Assembly: GCA_964016885.1 (NCBI GenBank)
Contig: OZ024746.1
Location: forward strand, 77,500,001 to 77,564,000
From: Eledone cirrhosa
Lineage: Eukaryota
DNA length: 64,000 nt
Direction: 5' to 3'
Shown piece after piece: positions 36,431 to 49,714 of the stretch. A program made the position numbers and the translations under genes. The notes beneath the pieces are model-generated. The model did not search any database. It had not been told where the DNA came from and was given only the letters and a program-made list of their open reading frames with translations. Position 1 is the first letter of the stretch, and each line of letters starts with the position of its first letter.

Positions 36431-36770
36431 CCCTTTAGCATTTAAACCAACCATATCTGGCCAGAATTCTCTCACCTCTTTCTGTTCAAACCAGCTGTAT
36501 CCAGCCAGAATTCTCTCACCTCTTTCTGTTCAAACCAGCTGTATCCAGCCAGAATTCTCTCACCTCTTTCTGTTCAAACCAGCTGTATCCAGCCAGAATT
36601 CTCTCACCTCTTTCTGTTCAAACCGGTTGTAACTGGCCACCCATACTGATGTTAAGATATTGTTCTCAAAATAGATGATATCAAAATCTCATAGATTCGA
36701 TATTATGTGAGGTAAAGCTTTTACCGCGAAAATACAATAGTAAATATAGAGTAATGTAAATGCTAAAGGA
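36431..36770. mobile_element. piggyBac-type MITE P1 with internal 44-bp tandem expansion
   Basis: TTAA flanks and TIRs; ccagaattctctcacctctttctgttcaaaccagctgtatccag starts at 36461, 36505, 36549 and 36593 (last copy partial). Confidence 0.88.
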
Positions 36771-37089
36771 TTAAATAAGGCAGTGAATTGGCAATGTCTT
36801 TAGAATGTTGGATAGAATACTTTTTTGGTATTTGTTCTAACTGTCTGTGAGGACAGAATTGTGAATGTGTTACCCCAGCAAATAGCAAGGGGGGTAGACT
36901 GAAGGAGTCAACCCAACACTACCATCTCATGTACTTTGTACATGAATAAATAAATCTTGCTTCACAGACAGAATTCCAAATGTCTTAACTCAGAGTATAG
37001 CTAGAGAGATAATGTAAAAAGGAATGGTTCAGCATGTAGGGGCTCATTCTTGTGGATGATCATTTCAGTCTTGATCGGTGTCACTAGGA

Positions 37090-37107
37090 AAGTAGTAGTA
37101 GTAGTAA

Positions 37108-37138
<31 letters not shown>

Positions 37139-37660
37139 GGTGGTAGTGGCGGTGGCTGGTAGTAGTTATAGTAGTAGTGGAGGTGGTGGTGGCTGGTAGT
37201 AGTTATAGTAGTGGTGGTGGTGGTGGTGGTAGTAGTAGAAGTGGTGGTGGTAGTAGTAGAAGTGGTGGTGGTGGTAGTAGTGGTAGTAGTAGAAGTGGTG
37301 GTGGTGGTAGTGGTAGTAGTGGTAGTAGTAGAAGTGGTGGTGGTGGTGGTAGTAGTGGTAGTAGTAGAAGTGGTGGTGGTGGTAGTAGTAGTTGTAGTGG
37401 TGGTGGTGGTGGTAGTGGCGGTGGCTGGTAGTAGTTATAGTAGTAGTGGAGGTGGTGGTGGCTGGTAGTAGTTATAGTAGTGGTGGTGGTGGTGGTGGTG
37501 GTGGCTGGTAGTAGAGGTGGTGGTGGTGGTAGTAGTAGAAGTGGTGGTGGTAGTAGTAGAAATGGTGGTGGTGGTGGTGGTAGTAGTGGTAGTAGTAGAA
37601 GTGGTGGTAGTAGTAGTAGTAGTTGTAGTAGTAGTAGTTGCAGTAGTAGTAGAGGTTATA
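37090..37660. repeat. (GGT/AGT)n trinucleotide mosaic
   Basis: Direct reading. Confidence 0.92.
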
Positions 37661-38646
37661 GTATGCTGATGATGAATTGAAATGGATCATTGTCTTGTAA
37701 TATAAGATTTGTCAGTAAAAGAGATCCTTAAAATCCTATGAAATGTCAAAATGAGGGTGGAGTAGGGAAGTGGATAATAAAGCCATCATGGAAATGTCAC
37801 CAGATGGATTAAATAAAAAGCCTATTGTCTCTTAATCTAAATTTCATTTTAATGTACATCGAAGGAATCAATTGAAAAACAAAATAAAACTATTTCAAGG
37901 ATGGTTTTTGTTAATAAATATTGTTGCAATGCAATTTAAGTATTTCTTTGTTTTTTCAAAATATATCCGCATTTGTAATTTTCCAAAATACTTGTATACA
38001 TGTCTTTTGTGTGTGTGTGTATGTATGTATGTATGTATGTATGTATGTATGTATGTGTGTGTGCGTGCGCGCGATTGTCTTTGTAAATCACTTTGAGTGT
38101 GTTTACTTGTGTTTCATCAATTTCTGTATATCTGTCGTATGAATCTCTTTATATCTATCTATCCTACTGTCTCTCTCCTCTCTCTCTCCCCTCTCTCTCT
38201 CTCTCTCTCTAAGTAGCTATTCCAAGCTATTTACTTATATCTCCTACTTTTATCTCTCATATTACTCAACCTTTTCGCAGTATTACTCCACCTTTCTCAG
38301 ATAACAATGCATGCATGTTTGTGTTCATAGAGATGAATATGTGCATATGCTCACACATAAATATCTAATCACTAGACTTTAACTATTGCAATATTTTCAC
38401 AAAAGTGACCATTTTTCAATGGATTCTTTTAGAATTCACTGCTTCGGTGACTTTTTCCTTTTGGCGGTTTTTTTTTTGTTTTTGTTTTTGTTTTTTTTTA
38501 TAGTAATTTTTCCATTTCTATAAAACCAAAACATATAATAATGATGATGATATTTAAATATACAAATAGATATATATGTTGTGTGTGTATATAGATATAG
38601 ATATTGATACAAATCTATGTCCCTGTCCCTCCCTATAATACATATA

Positions 38647-38695
<49 letters not shown>

Positions 38696-38772
38696 CACAC
38701 ATGTACATATACATATACATACATATGTACATATATATACACACATCCATATGTACACACACACAGACACAT

Positions 38773-38803
<31 letters not shown>

Positions 38804-39228
38804 ACTCATATATTTAGATATACTTATAAATTAAAAAGGAATATATACATTCATAAATACATATTGTGCAAATTACTTGGTAAACACGTTTTCTATGCTA
38901 TGTAATTTGAATATATTTATAATAATACATTTATATATCATTGGTGGGTAATCTTATTGTTGCTTTCTATATAATGTGATTTCACTCAATCAATACAAAT
39001 TCAAAACATATTCTATACTTATTATTTTCTACATATATTCTTGGCCATTTTTTGGTTTTCTATGCACTTCATTTCTTGCTGTTGCTGTTAATGATGGTTG
39101 TGGTGGCATTGGTTGATGTTGTTGCTCTTCATATTTATACTATTTATTTTTGTTTTGTGTTGTGTGAATAGCATGGAATGCAATATAATGCTAGTGGATG
39201 CTGTTTATGAAGAAGAAATTGGCAAGCA

Positions 39229-39308
<80 letters not shown>

Positions 39309-39319
39309 CACACACACAT

Positions 39320-39356
<37 letters not shown>

Positions 39357-40604
39357 TGGGCTTCCTTTGGTTTCGATGAACAGCTTATTCATGGAAACTT
39401 TAGTGCTTAGTGCTGGTGCCATGGTAAAATACTTTGGGTAGAGTCTATAGAGTACAGAACCATATGTAACTAATAAGTGGGCCCTCAGCCCGTTTGAGAG
39501 ATCAGTAGCTCTGATTAAGTACTGACTTCGTTTGTAATGGTCTATCTGACCTTGGCTACCAAGGAAAGCAGACAATAAATTATGGTAATGGTGATTTACC
39601 TGTAAGCTGATTGTGCTGGAGGCATGATGAAATGATCACAGTATATGCTGTAATGTGGTTGGCATTGGGGAGGACATCCAGCCATAGAAACCAAGCCCAA
39701 AATAGAGCGTGCGAGGTAGAGTTGATCATCTAACTAATAAATAAAACAAACAAAACACAGGGGGCAATTTTTACACAGTTATATTAGGCTCATACTTGGT
39801 GGAAGTAGAGAAAGTTTCAACATTTCGGACAGAAGTCCTTTGCCAGGAAAGTTCAGATAAGGAGAGAACAGATACACGTATATATATTCTGTTCCTTAGT
39901 GGTAGGTCTCCATTTCAGTTATAGCTATTTATACTGATGTTGTTTTGTTAGTGTTTGTTAGTGTTTGATAATGAGTGCCTTTCTCAGCAGATGATTATTA
40001 TGATGATGATTTTCAATTACATGTTGAATAAATATATATATATGAGTATAATAATATTGTTATTTAGGGTAATGCATTTGCAGAATTGTGAGAACATCAG
40101 ACAAAATGCTTTGCAACTTTCAGTTATGGCTTTTTAGGTTATGAGTTTGAATACCAACGAGATCAAGTTTGCCTATCATCCTTCATCCTACTAGGGTCTA
40201 TAAAAGAAAGTAGCAGTCAAGTACTGAGGTTGTTATAATCAACTTTCCCCTCACCTCAAACTGCTGGCTTTATGTCTAAATTAGAAACCATTATAATATT
40301 GTTATGTGTTTATATTATTGATTGTTTTGTTTTGTGTTGGCTATTTTAAGATTTTACTAATGTTTTTCTTACTATGGTATGGACCTGTAACTCCTGAGGG
40401 AGTCGTAGGATCAACATATTGATACACAACATTTTTTAAGGCATTTATTAAACCTGGCAGAGCCCATCCCATATTCAGTCCTGAGTACAGGAGATTTCTT
40501 CCAGAGAAGGATAAAGAGAGAAAGGAAGTGAGAAAGATACAAAGGAAGAATCAACAATAGTACTAGACTGGTGGTTATTTATTTATTATTATTATTATTA
40601 TTAT

Positions 40605-41445
40605 TCTTTGAGTCTCAGTCATTGATGTTAGTTAACTGGAAAGTTTGTTGAAATGAATATCAAGCCACTACCTGCAGCCTCAGATATTCAGGACGTATCG
40701 GAGGGTTCTTGCTGTTCCCAGCAAGCATGCCTTTTGAAGCGTTCCAAAAAGCGTGAAGGGGCCAATTTTCTTTAACCATCCCTGGAAACTTTTTGAGATA
40801 GTCCCTAGTGCGCCTATGACAATCAGGATCACTTTGACTTCATGGCAGTTACAAATACTTTTTACCTCCCACTTTAAGTCCTGGTATCGGTTAATTTTCT
40901 CCCTCTCCTTCTCTTGCACTCTCGTGTCGAATGGGCAGGCCACATCCACAATCAGGCACAATCTTTGTTCTTTGTCCACAACCACCAGGTCAGGTCTATT
41001 GTGTTCCAGTTTCTTGTCCGTCTGTATCCTAAAATCCCACAGCACCTTCACCTGATCGTTTTCTATCACCGACTCTGGCTTATGCTCATACCACTTCTCA
41101 GAATGTGGTAAATTGTTTACTTTGCATAGGTGCCAGTGGATCACCCTGCCCATCACATCATGTCTCCAGCCCTTATAGTGAGTCTGGGCTAGGTGTTTAC
41201 ACTCGGATACAATGTGGGCCACAGTCTCCTTTCTCTCTCTCCACAGATCCTGCACAGTGGGCTATCCTCCTCCTTGTAAATATGGTGTTTCAACCACTTC
41301 GTTTTGAGGGCCTGCTCCTGCGCAGCCATTAACATTCCTTCTGTAGCCTTTTTAAGGTCTCTTTTCAACCAGTTCCATGTCTGTGGATCTCTAAATTCAG
41401 TTTTTTCAAAGAAGGTACTATGAAGGGATTTTTCCTGAAGCCTGC

Positions 41446-41446
<1 letters not shown>
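40605..41446 (-). mobile_element. 5'-truncated R4/Dong-like non-LTR retrotransposon (CCHC finger and restriction-like endonuclease)
   Basis: TEGMLMAAQEQAL, CRICG..ETVAHIVSEC, RHD, VLWDFRIQTD, NRPDLVVVDK, DVACPFD, EKINRY, IGALG, LQKACLLGTAR; one frameshift near 41235; (TAA)n at both ends. Confidence 0.9.
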
Positions 41447-41492
<46 letters not shown>

Positions 41493-41664
41493 GACTTTGC
41501 ATGGATGAAAGGCAAAATTGACCTCGGTGGATTTGAGCTGAGAGAACTGAGAGCCAGAACGAAAAATTCTTAATGTCCTATACCGCATGAAATTACGTTA
41601 GCAAGACATTCTTGAAAAGTACAAAACACCATTATTACTTCATCATATACTTCATCATTCATTT

Positions 41665-41852
41665 GGCGGTGGATTGGCAGTATTGGTAGAGGGTCGGACG
41701 CCATGCTTTGCAGCAAAGAGTTACGTCCCTTTATGGTCTGAGTTCAAATCCTGCCGAGGTTAACTTTGCTTTTCATCCTTACGGGGGTCGATAAAATAAA
41801 GCACCAGTAATGCACTGAGATAATTGCTGGCCTTGTGCCAAATGTAGAAACA
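41665..41852 (+). mobile_element. SINE family A, full length with 19-bp TSD
   Basis: TSD attattacttcatcatata at 41631-41649 and 41853-41871. Confidence 0.93.
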
Positions 41853-42700
41853 ATTATTACTTCATCATATAAAAAATGAATGTCTTTAGTTTACTGCAAC
41901 TGTTCTCAACAACCTGTCCGCTAGTAAAGATACTATAAATTTGAATTAACAAACCCATTGAAAACATTTTCTGCTGAGTCATTATAGGATGTTAAGTGTT
42001 AATAAAGATTGTAACATAAAATTATGATGGAAGGTTTTTAAATAAATATATTTGATACCATAACACCGGAGTGTTATGGTATCAAATGGGTTAAATTACA
42101 TCTATTTTCTAAGTGTGAATAGAGCTTGGATAGCTGCTGGCTTGACAACAGAATTACTGGACAACCAGTCAAGTTGGGTAGGGGTTTATTTCCTGTTTTT
42201 GTCATGACCCGGATGCTGTATTGTCTCTGAAGCCAAGACACTTCTTTCTCAAAGCGCACAGTCCACCTAATTGTAAACAGCCTTGTCAGTAGGAAACACC
42301 TCCATACTGCATACTGTGAAATTGATAGATGCATTTTTTCTGTCTGTTTGCTTGTAGTATGATAGGCTCTGCCAAGCAGACTTGACATACATACACTGTT
42401 ATTAATCCTTTTGTTACCATATTTCTAATCAACTAACTACATCACCAATGTGTTTCTATTAATTTTGAAAATAATAAGTATGGACACTTCAATGCTTTTA
42501 ATAGCAACCCACCCAAAACTTCCCCAATTCTATAACATTTCTTTGTATTCAAATAGAATACTTTTAAACAATAGGTTTGTCATGATAGAATGCACTAAAT
42601 GCCAGATTATTAATCTATTTAGTATTGTAATTTACACTATTTATATCTAATCTACATTTCAGTTGGTTTTCATTTCTGACTGTCACCAGATGTCATATAT

Positions 42701-43042
42701 CATCATCATCATCATCGTCGTCATTTTACGTCCGCTTTTCCCTGCTTGCAAGGGTGGGACGGGAACTGATTCTGGCTTGATTTCTACAGCTGGATGCCCT
42801 TCCTAACACCAACCTCATTTACAGTGAGTGCTGGGTGCTTTTTTGCCGTGGCACCTCCACGACCTCTTTACAGTGGAATGATAGGGATCCCAGTCCCTAT
42901 CATCTCATTTCTACAGCTGAGTAAACTGGAGCAATGTGAATGTGAAATAAAGTGTCTTGCTCAAGGAAACAACACATCACCCGGTCTGAGAATTGAACTC
43001 ACAACTTTTCGATTGCAAGCCTAATGCTCTAACCACTAAGCC

Positions 43043-43047
<5 letters not shown>
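42701..43047 (-). mobile_element. SINE family B
   Basis: Near-identical to 12472-12806; shares a tgtgaa duplication with 54622-54970. Confidence 0.92.
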
Positions 43048-43104
<57 letters not shown>

Positions 43105-44894
43105 CATCATCATCGTTGAACATCTATGTTCCCTGTTTGCGTGGGTTAGGATGCTGTTAAGTACTGTATGCATTGTTTTGACTTGCTTTCTATGGCTGGT
43201 TCCCCTTCCTAACACCAACCATTTTACAATGTGTACTGGGAGCATTTTATTGCAACCCAGGCACCACCTTACAGGGTATACTGGCTCCTTTATATATATA
43301 TATATATATACTTGACACAGTCATCCGACCCAACTGCCTCTAAATGGGACAAACCCATCTAACCCATGCTAGCGTGGAAGATGAACATTAAATGGTGATG
43401 ATGATGATGATGATGATGAAAGTGGTTGGTGATAAGAAGGGCATCCAGCTGTAGAAAACCAGTGAAATAATATTGGAGAGGACTCTTCAGCTGTGCCAAA
43501 AATATAACACCCTTTCCAGTGTTGTCTAGTGCTGATAAAATATACTCATATGTAAGTGAGATGCAGGCCCCCTGCTCATCTTGGAGGTCAGTAACCTCAC
43601 TTGAGTACTGACTTTCACTGTGAAGACCTGTCCAACCCTTGTTAGCAGGGAAAAACGAATGTTAAATGATGATGATGATACATTTTATATGGAACCTTCT
43701 CTCAAAAATTATACTGTATTATCTTAAAAGTGGACATATTAGATATTGTAGTCCTAGATACATTGAGTTTGGAATGTAGGAAACAGGATTATCAGGGCTT
43801 GATCCCAGCTCTGAATTGGGCTTCTAAACAACAACATCTAGTGTAGGTCAGGACTGACTTATGTCTAAACAACAAGATGTAGAGGCTTTTTCATTTGAAT
43901 CCTATCTTAACCGTAGACATAACGAAGTACTTAGACAACGTAGGCATGTAAAAAAAAATAACAAAAGCCACTCGATTCTTATGGCATTAAGTATTAATAG
44001 CTTTGCTATATAGTCCAGCTAATGCTGAGCAAACAGGTGAAGACAGTTCAATTAGGCTTTTATTTGATAGATTAATGTACTTATCAGGGGTTGGTGATCG
44101 TGCTTTGATGGCTTCAGTTAGGTTTTTGTTTGTTACTTTTTCATACCTTCAACTTATTAATCACAGTAGTTGCTATTCATTGTTTTGTTGTTGTTGTAGT
44201 TGTTGTCGTCGTTGTTGTTGTTGTTATTATTATTTTGTTTAATTATAACTGCTTGATAAAGTTCATGCCTTTATCAACTCTTATGTCTACTTAGTACTTA
44301 GAGACTTGAATGGACAAGTCAGTTAAAATGAATGACATAGTACTTAGTTATGTTCTGGTGGTGAGGTAGTATATTTTTGTTACTGTTGTTGGTGTTGGTG
44401 GCGGTTTGTTTGTTTGTAAAGGGGTTAATTGTTTTGTTGGTCTTGTCTTGTTTTGTGTTTTCTTTTTCCTCCCTTGCTACAGGAAAGCAAGGATTATAAA
44501 GGCTTTAGAGAAGCAGTGTTAGGTAAATCAATCTGGAGAAACTGGTTTGCTGAAGGATTTTAAAGTATTTACTTTAGTTGTGGATATTACTGCATAGAAG
44601 ACATTTATTACATTTGTGTCTATTTGTCATAATCCTGTTGACAAGAGAAGGGGGATGGGAGTTTATCCGGAATCCTCCGTGCTATTGTCATCGAAACACA
44701 CCGAAAAGCTACGCTAGATACTGTGGTTACCAGTATATGTAATCAGAAGGCATTGCTTAAGAACTAAAGAACTCACCAGTATTTCTAGACACGCAAAACT
44801 TCATATTATATCAGATATTTTATATTTACTTTGTAAGCTTTTCATAATGTAGATTGTCTACAGTATGTTCACATAGGTGTGTGTGAGGGAGGGG

Positions 44895-45260
44895 ACTGAG
44901 GATTGGCAGAGTTAATGGAGCCTATGACAAAATGCCTTATGGTATTTGTTCTGGGTTGCTGTGCTCTGAGTTCAAATCCCACCAAGGTCAACTTTGCCTT
45001 TCATCATTTTTGGTATGAATGAAATATAGTACCAGTCCATGGTGGTGAATTGATGAAATAATTAGAACATTGCTTGAGATTCCTTGTGGTGTTTGTTTCA
45101 GGTCCCTGTGTTCTGAGTTCAGATTCCACCAAGATCAAATTTATCTTTCATCCTTTTGGGTTCAATAAAATAAAATGTCAGTCCAGGATGGTGGACTGTT
45201 TGAATTGCAGTATTTGTTTTGGCTCTTTGCTTTCAAAGTTCAAATCCTATTGGTCAACCT
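44895..45260 (+). mobile_element. Decayed tandem SINE-A-like copies
   Basis: Repeated ctgagttcaaatcc..ccaaggtcaactttgcctttcatc core. Confidence 0.7.
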
Positions 45261-45386
45261 GATGCTCTAATAGTAGAGACATGCACTGGTTGCCACACAG
45301 TGGGAACTGACCTGAAACTATGTGATGGCAAAGAGAACATCTTAAGCGCACAACCATGTCAGAACCTGTAAAAATTCTGAATAGTC

Positions 45387-45462
45387 TAGTAAATGTGTCA
45401 CTATATGTGTGCATGTGTATACATTAGTAAATGTGTCACTATATGTGTGCATGTGTATACAT
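45387..45462. repeat. 38-bp tandem duplication
   Basis: tagtaaatgtgtcactatatgtgtgcatgtgtatacat twice. Confidence 0.85.
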
Positions 45463-46037
45463 CATCATTATATAACAATTTGAAGAGGAAACACAGCCAA
45501 AGGTTCCATTCCAAAATAATAAACTAAATTGTGATATAAGCTGAAATTTTTCCTTTGTTGAAATTGGATATTGCTCTAATCTTTTACCCCCCCCCCCCCA
45601 TATCTTATTTTTTTTTTGTTACTTGCGATATTTCAGGAAGAGCAAGTTGAAATGTGAGATAAACTGCTCCTTTTGGTGCAGGGTAGTAGTTGAGAGCTAT
45701 TAAACAATCTTGCAGAAAAATTGACCCCCCCCCCCCCCCAACCACATATTAATTAATTATGTAGTGAATCGTTTGGTGGTATATATCAAATATAAAACCT
45801 TCATTAATTGAAAGAGGTTTTGCTAATGAAAATACAAAGAAATTTCCTCAGAATTAGAACATCTACAAGCATAAAAATGTGTGTATGGGGTGTATATGTG
45901 TTTATATATATGTGTGTGTGTGTGTGTGTATATATGTGTATGTGAGTATATATATATATGTGTGTGTGTATGTATATGTGTGTGTGTGTATGTATATATA
46001 TATATATGTGTTTGGGTGTGTATGTTTATATATGTGC

Positions 46038-46086
<49 letters not shown>

Positions 46087-47042
46087 TAGACACACACATT
46101 AAGGAGATATTTTCACTTTTTCTTCCACCATATGAGTGTTGTGATAAAAATATTCCTCAAGCCATTTTTCACTGTCTATCAGGCTTTATCTCATTTCTTA
46201 TGCTGCCGTATCAAAGAAGTGAAATTATATATATATTTGTTTCTCTCTTCTCAACATACTTTTACTTCGATTTAATTGTCTTCTATCATCTATTTATTGC
46301 TTGTTTAGCAGCTTGGAACTTCATTTGAAAATGTTAATTATCTAATTACAGACCATCATGAATATATTTAATGTTTTTTTTTTTAATTTTTAATTTTTTG
46401 TTTCTTCTCTTTTCTTTTATCATTTATTTTTCCTAGGGTATATCTTTTGAATTTCTATTTTCTTCTCTCTTTACTCTCTCGTTTACTGGTTTTTGTTTGT
46501 TTTTCGTCAGTTTTGTTATATCATTTTGTAAATATGGGTTTTCTTTCATTGCAAATTATAAAGTGTAAATTGTTCATAATCATTTCACAATCTAAACGAA
46601 CATAGATTTTCTCTAATTTGCATTTTATTGTTATTATTATTATTTTTTTTAAATTTGTGTTTATCATACTTTCTGATAGTTTATCTATATTTATTTATTT
46701 ATTTATTTATTTTATATTGTATTTTTTTTTTACCTGTCAGGTTCAGTCTGACTATGGTTTTTATTATCTATTTTGTTATTTTGTTTGATTCTTAAATATG
46801 TTCTAAGTATAGATTAGTTAATGTAAAGAGACCAGATACTACAGTGTTGGCAGCGATCAAACAGAAACAATATAGGGTTTTTGAGAAGACCCTTCAGTTT
46901 CGATGAACATGTGACAACCTTTCTAGTGCCAGTTATCTTCTAAATTTCATATGTTTTCTATAGCTGAATGTTCTACCTAATTCCATTCACATTACAGGGT
47001 GTTTTGGGTGTGTTTTTCTTGACACTAGCACTACCACTTTAA

Positions 47043-47421
47043 TCCTTTAACATTGAAACTAACCATATCTGGCCAGAATTCTCTCATCTCTTTCTGTTCC
47101 AAACCAGCTGTAACTGGCTAATGATACAGATATTAAGGTATTGTTATCAAAATAAATGATATCAAAATCTCATAGATTCGATATTATGTGAGATAATTAT
47201 GTGTGATAAAGCCTTTATTTCAAAATACAATAGTACATATAGATAATTGTTTCTACTTTTGGCACAAGGCCAGCAATTACTCAGTACATTACTGGTACTT
47301 TATTTTATCAACCCCATAAGGATGAAAGGCAAAGTTAACCTTGGCGGGATTCGAACCCAGTCCGCAAAGGGACGTAACTCTGTGCTGCCAATCCACCAGT
47401 ATATATGGATAATGTAAAGGG
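47043..47421. mobile_element. piggyBac-type MITE P1 with nested SINE-A (47248-47397,-)
   Basis: TTAA flanks; SINE bounded by imperfect TSD agta(c/t)atat(a/g)gataat. Confidence 0.82.
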
Positions 47422-47682
47422 TTAAAGGATGGACTGTAGATATTTCAGCTAAGCACCAACTCCAACAGTTTGTAAATTCAGCCAGATGGTAACATTACCA
47501 TCAATGTTTTTAGCATTGACTACCTGGTTACTATGGGCTAGCATGTCTGTGTGGTTAGCAAGTTTCTTTTTTGCAGTCACTTACTTTCAGGTTCAAATCT
47601 AAAAACCTGCGATGATGGTAGTGGTGATAGAGGTGATGATGATGGTAGTGAAGAGGATGATAATGAATTTAAACCTACATTA

Positions 47683-47725
<43 letters not shown>

Positions 47726-47838
47726 TTTCAATAAATATCTATAAATAATTAGCATATAACGAACTCTCTTCATGAACTGAGTAAATTGCCTCAAATCTAT
47801 TCACATCTGACAATAAGCTTCAAAAGTTGTCGTCGTCG

Positions 47839-47872
<34 letters not shown>

Positions 47873-48261
47873 TATTGTAGTAGTAGCAGTAGTTTTATGG
47901 GTTTTAAAAAATACATTTTCTTTTTTTCACATTGTAATTGATAACAAAGTTGTTTTTATTTTATTCTATAGTATTAGTGTTAGTTGTACTATTTTTATAT
48001 CGTTGTGATTAAATGTTACAATATTTACAGTTCATTTCATATGGTTTCTGACAGATTTTAAAAAGACAAATATATGTGTTGTATTACTTAAGCAACAAAA
48101 AAAAAAACAAAAAAAAAACGGAAAAACAAAACAAAATAAAACAAAAATAGTATGTTTTGTAAAAATGTTATTTTTTTCTTCCATCAGACATCATTTTGAT
48201 AAAAGCCTCTTTATGTATTCATATATTTATTCATATCACATACATACACACACACACACAC

Positions 48262-48325
<64 letters not shown>

Positions 48326-48667
48326 TATTTATTTGTTTTATTAATTTATCTGTTTGTTTTATTTATTCAGTTTTAATTTTTGCTTTTGAAATCATAAATT
48401 TTTGTTTTCCATGCTATTGTTTGCAAGATTAAAGTAAAATTTGTACAAGATTTTATTTATTTATCCTTTTTTTAATTTCATTTTTGATTTAATTTTATTT
48501 CATTTTATTTTATTTGGAGAGTAAAATGTAAAATGTAATTCATTTGATTATGTTATGGTGTAGTGAATACAGTATATATATATATATATATAAAAGTATT
48601 AGTAACTGAACAATACTATATTTTAGAAGCAAATGATAGTTTGCTCTGTGATGTATACAGAGAGAAA

Positions 48668-49520
48668 AGCATGTCGCGTAGTGATTAGGCTGTTTCACTC
48701 TTGATTATAACATTGTGAGTTCAATTCTGAGCCGCTCGTTGTGCCCTTGAATACGATACTTTATTTCAGACTGCTCCAGCCAACTCAGCGGGGTGAGTTG
48801 TCCTTGTGATTCAAAGGGCTGGCTGTATCATGGTGAATCTCCCTGAGAATTACCTTAACCCTTTAGCATTTACATTACTCTATATTTGCTATGATATAAT
48901 ATTTTGAGGTAAAGACTTTACCTCACATAATTATCTCACATTATATCAAATCTATGACGCATAGAGTTACGGCCCTTGCCATTCTGAGTTCAAATCCCGC
49001 CGAGGTTAACTTTGCCTTTCATCCTTACGGGGTCGATAAAATTAAGAACCAGTAATGTACTGGGTAATTGCTGGCCTTGTGCCAATAGTAGAAACAATTA
49101 TATCAAATCTATGAGATTTTGATATTATATATTTTGAGAACAATACATTAACATCAGTATGAGTGGCCAGTTACAGCTGGCTTGAACAGAAAGAGGTGAG
49201 AGTATTCTGGCTGGATACAGCCAGTTTCAATGCTAAAGAGTTAAGAGTACATGTGTCATGTCTTTGGAATGCTCAGTCACTTGCTTATTGATTTCACATT
49301 GTTCTAACGTCTGGAACATTCTTTGTTAGACCCATTAAGATTACACATGTCATGTCTGTAGAATGCTCAGCCACCTGCATGTTTATTTCACGTTGTTCTA
49401 ACACCTGGAACAGTTGTTGGAACCATTAAGAGTACATATGCCTGTGCAATGCTTGGCTAGATAGATGTTAATTTCATGAACAGGCAGTTCTGTTGTTTGA
49501 ACTGATAAAGGTCCAACACA
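48668..49520 (+). mobile_element. Old tRNA-headed SINE (B-type head, different tail) interrupted by MITE P1
   Basis: A/B boxes and ttgtgcccttgaatacgatactttatttca core; resumes after TTAA at 49241 with ~90-bp tandem units. Confidence 0.6.
48859..49240. mobile_element. piggyBac-type MITE P1 with nested 5'-truncated SINE-A (48958-49096,+)
   Basis: TTAA flanks and TIRs; perfect 18-bp TSD attatatcaaatctatga at 48940-48957 and 49097-49114. Confidence 0.9.
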
Positions 49521-49657
49521 ATATAGAGAAACAAGTGATAATTTGTCCTGTTTGTGTTTTTCATCAATATGTTTATCAATATGTTTATTCTTCTGAATGT
49601 ATATATGGTATGTATATACACACACATACATACATATATGTATATACACACATATAC

Positions 49658-49714
<57 letters not shown>

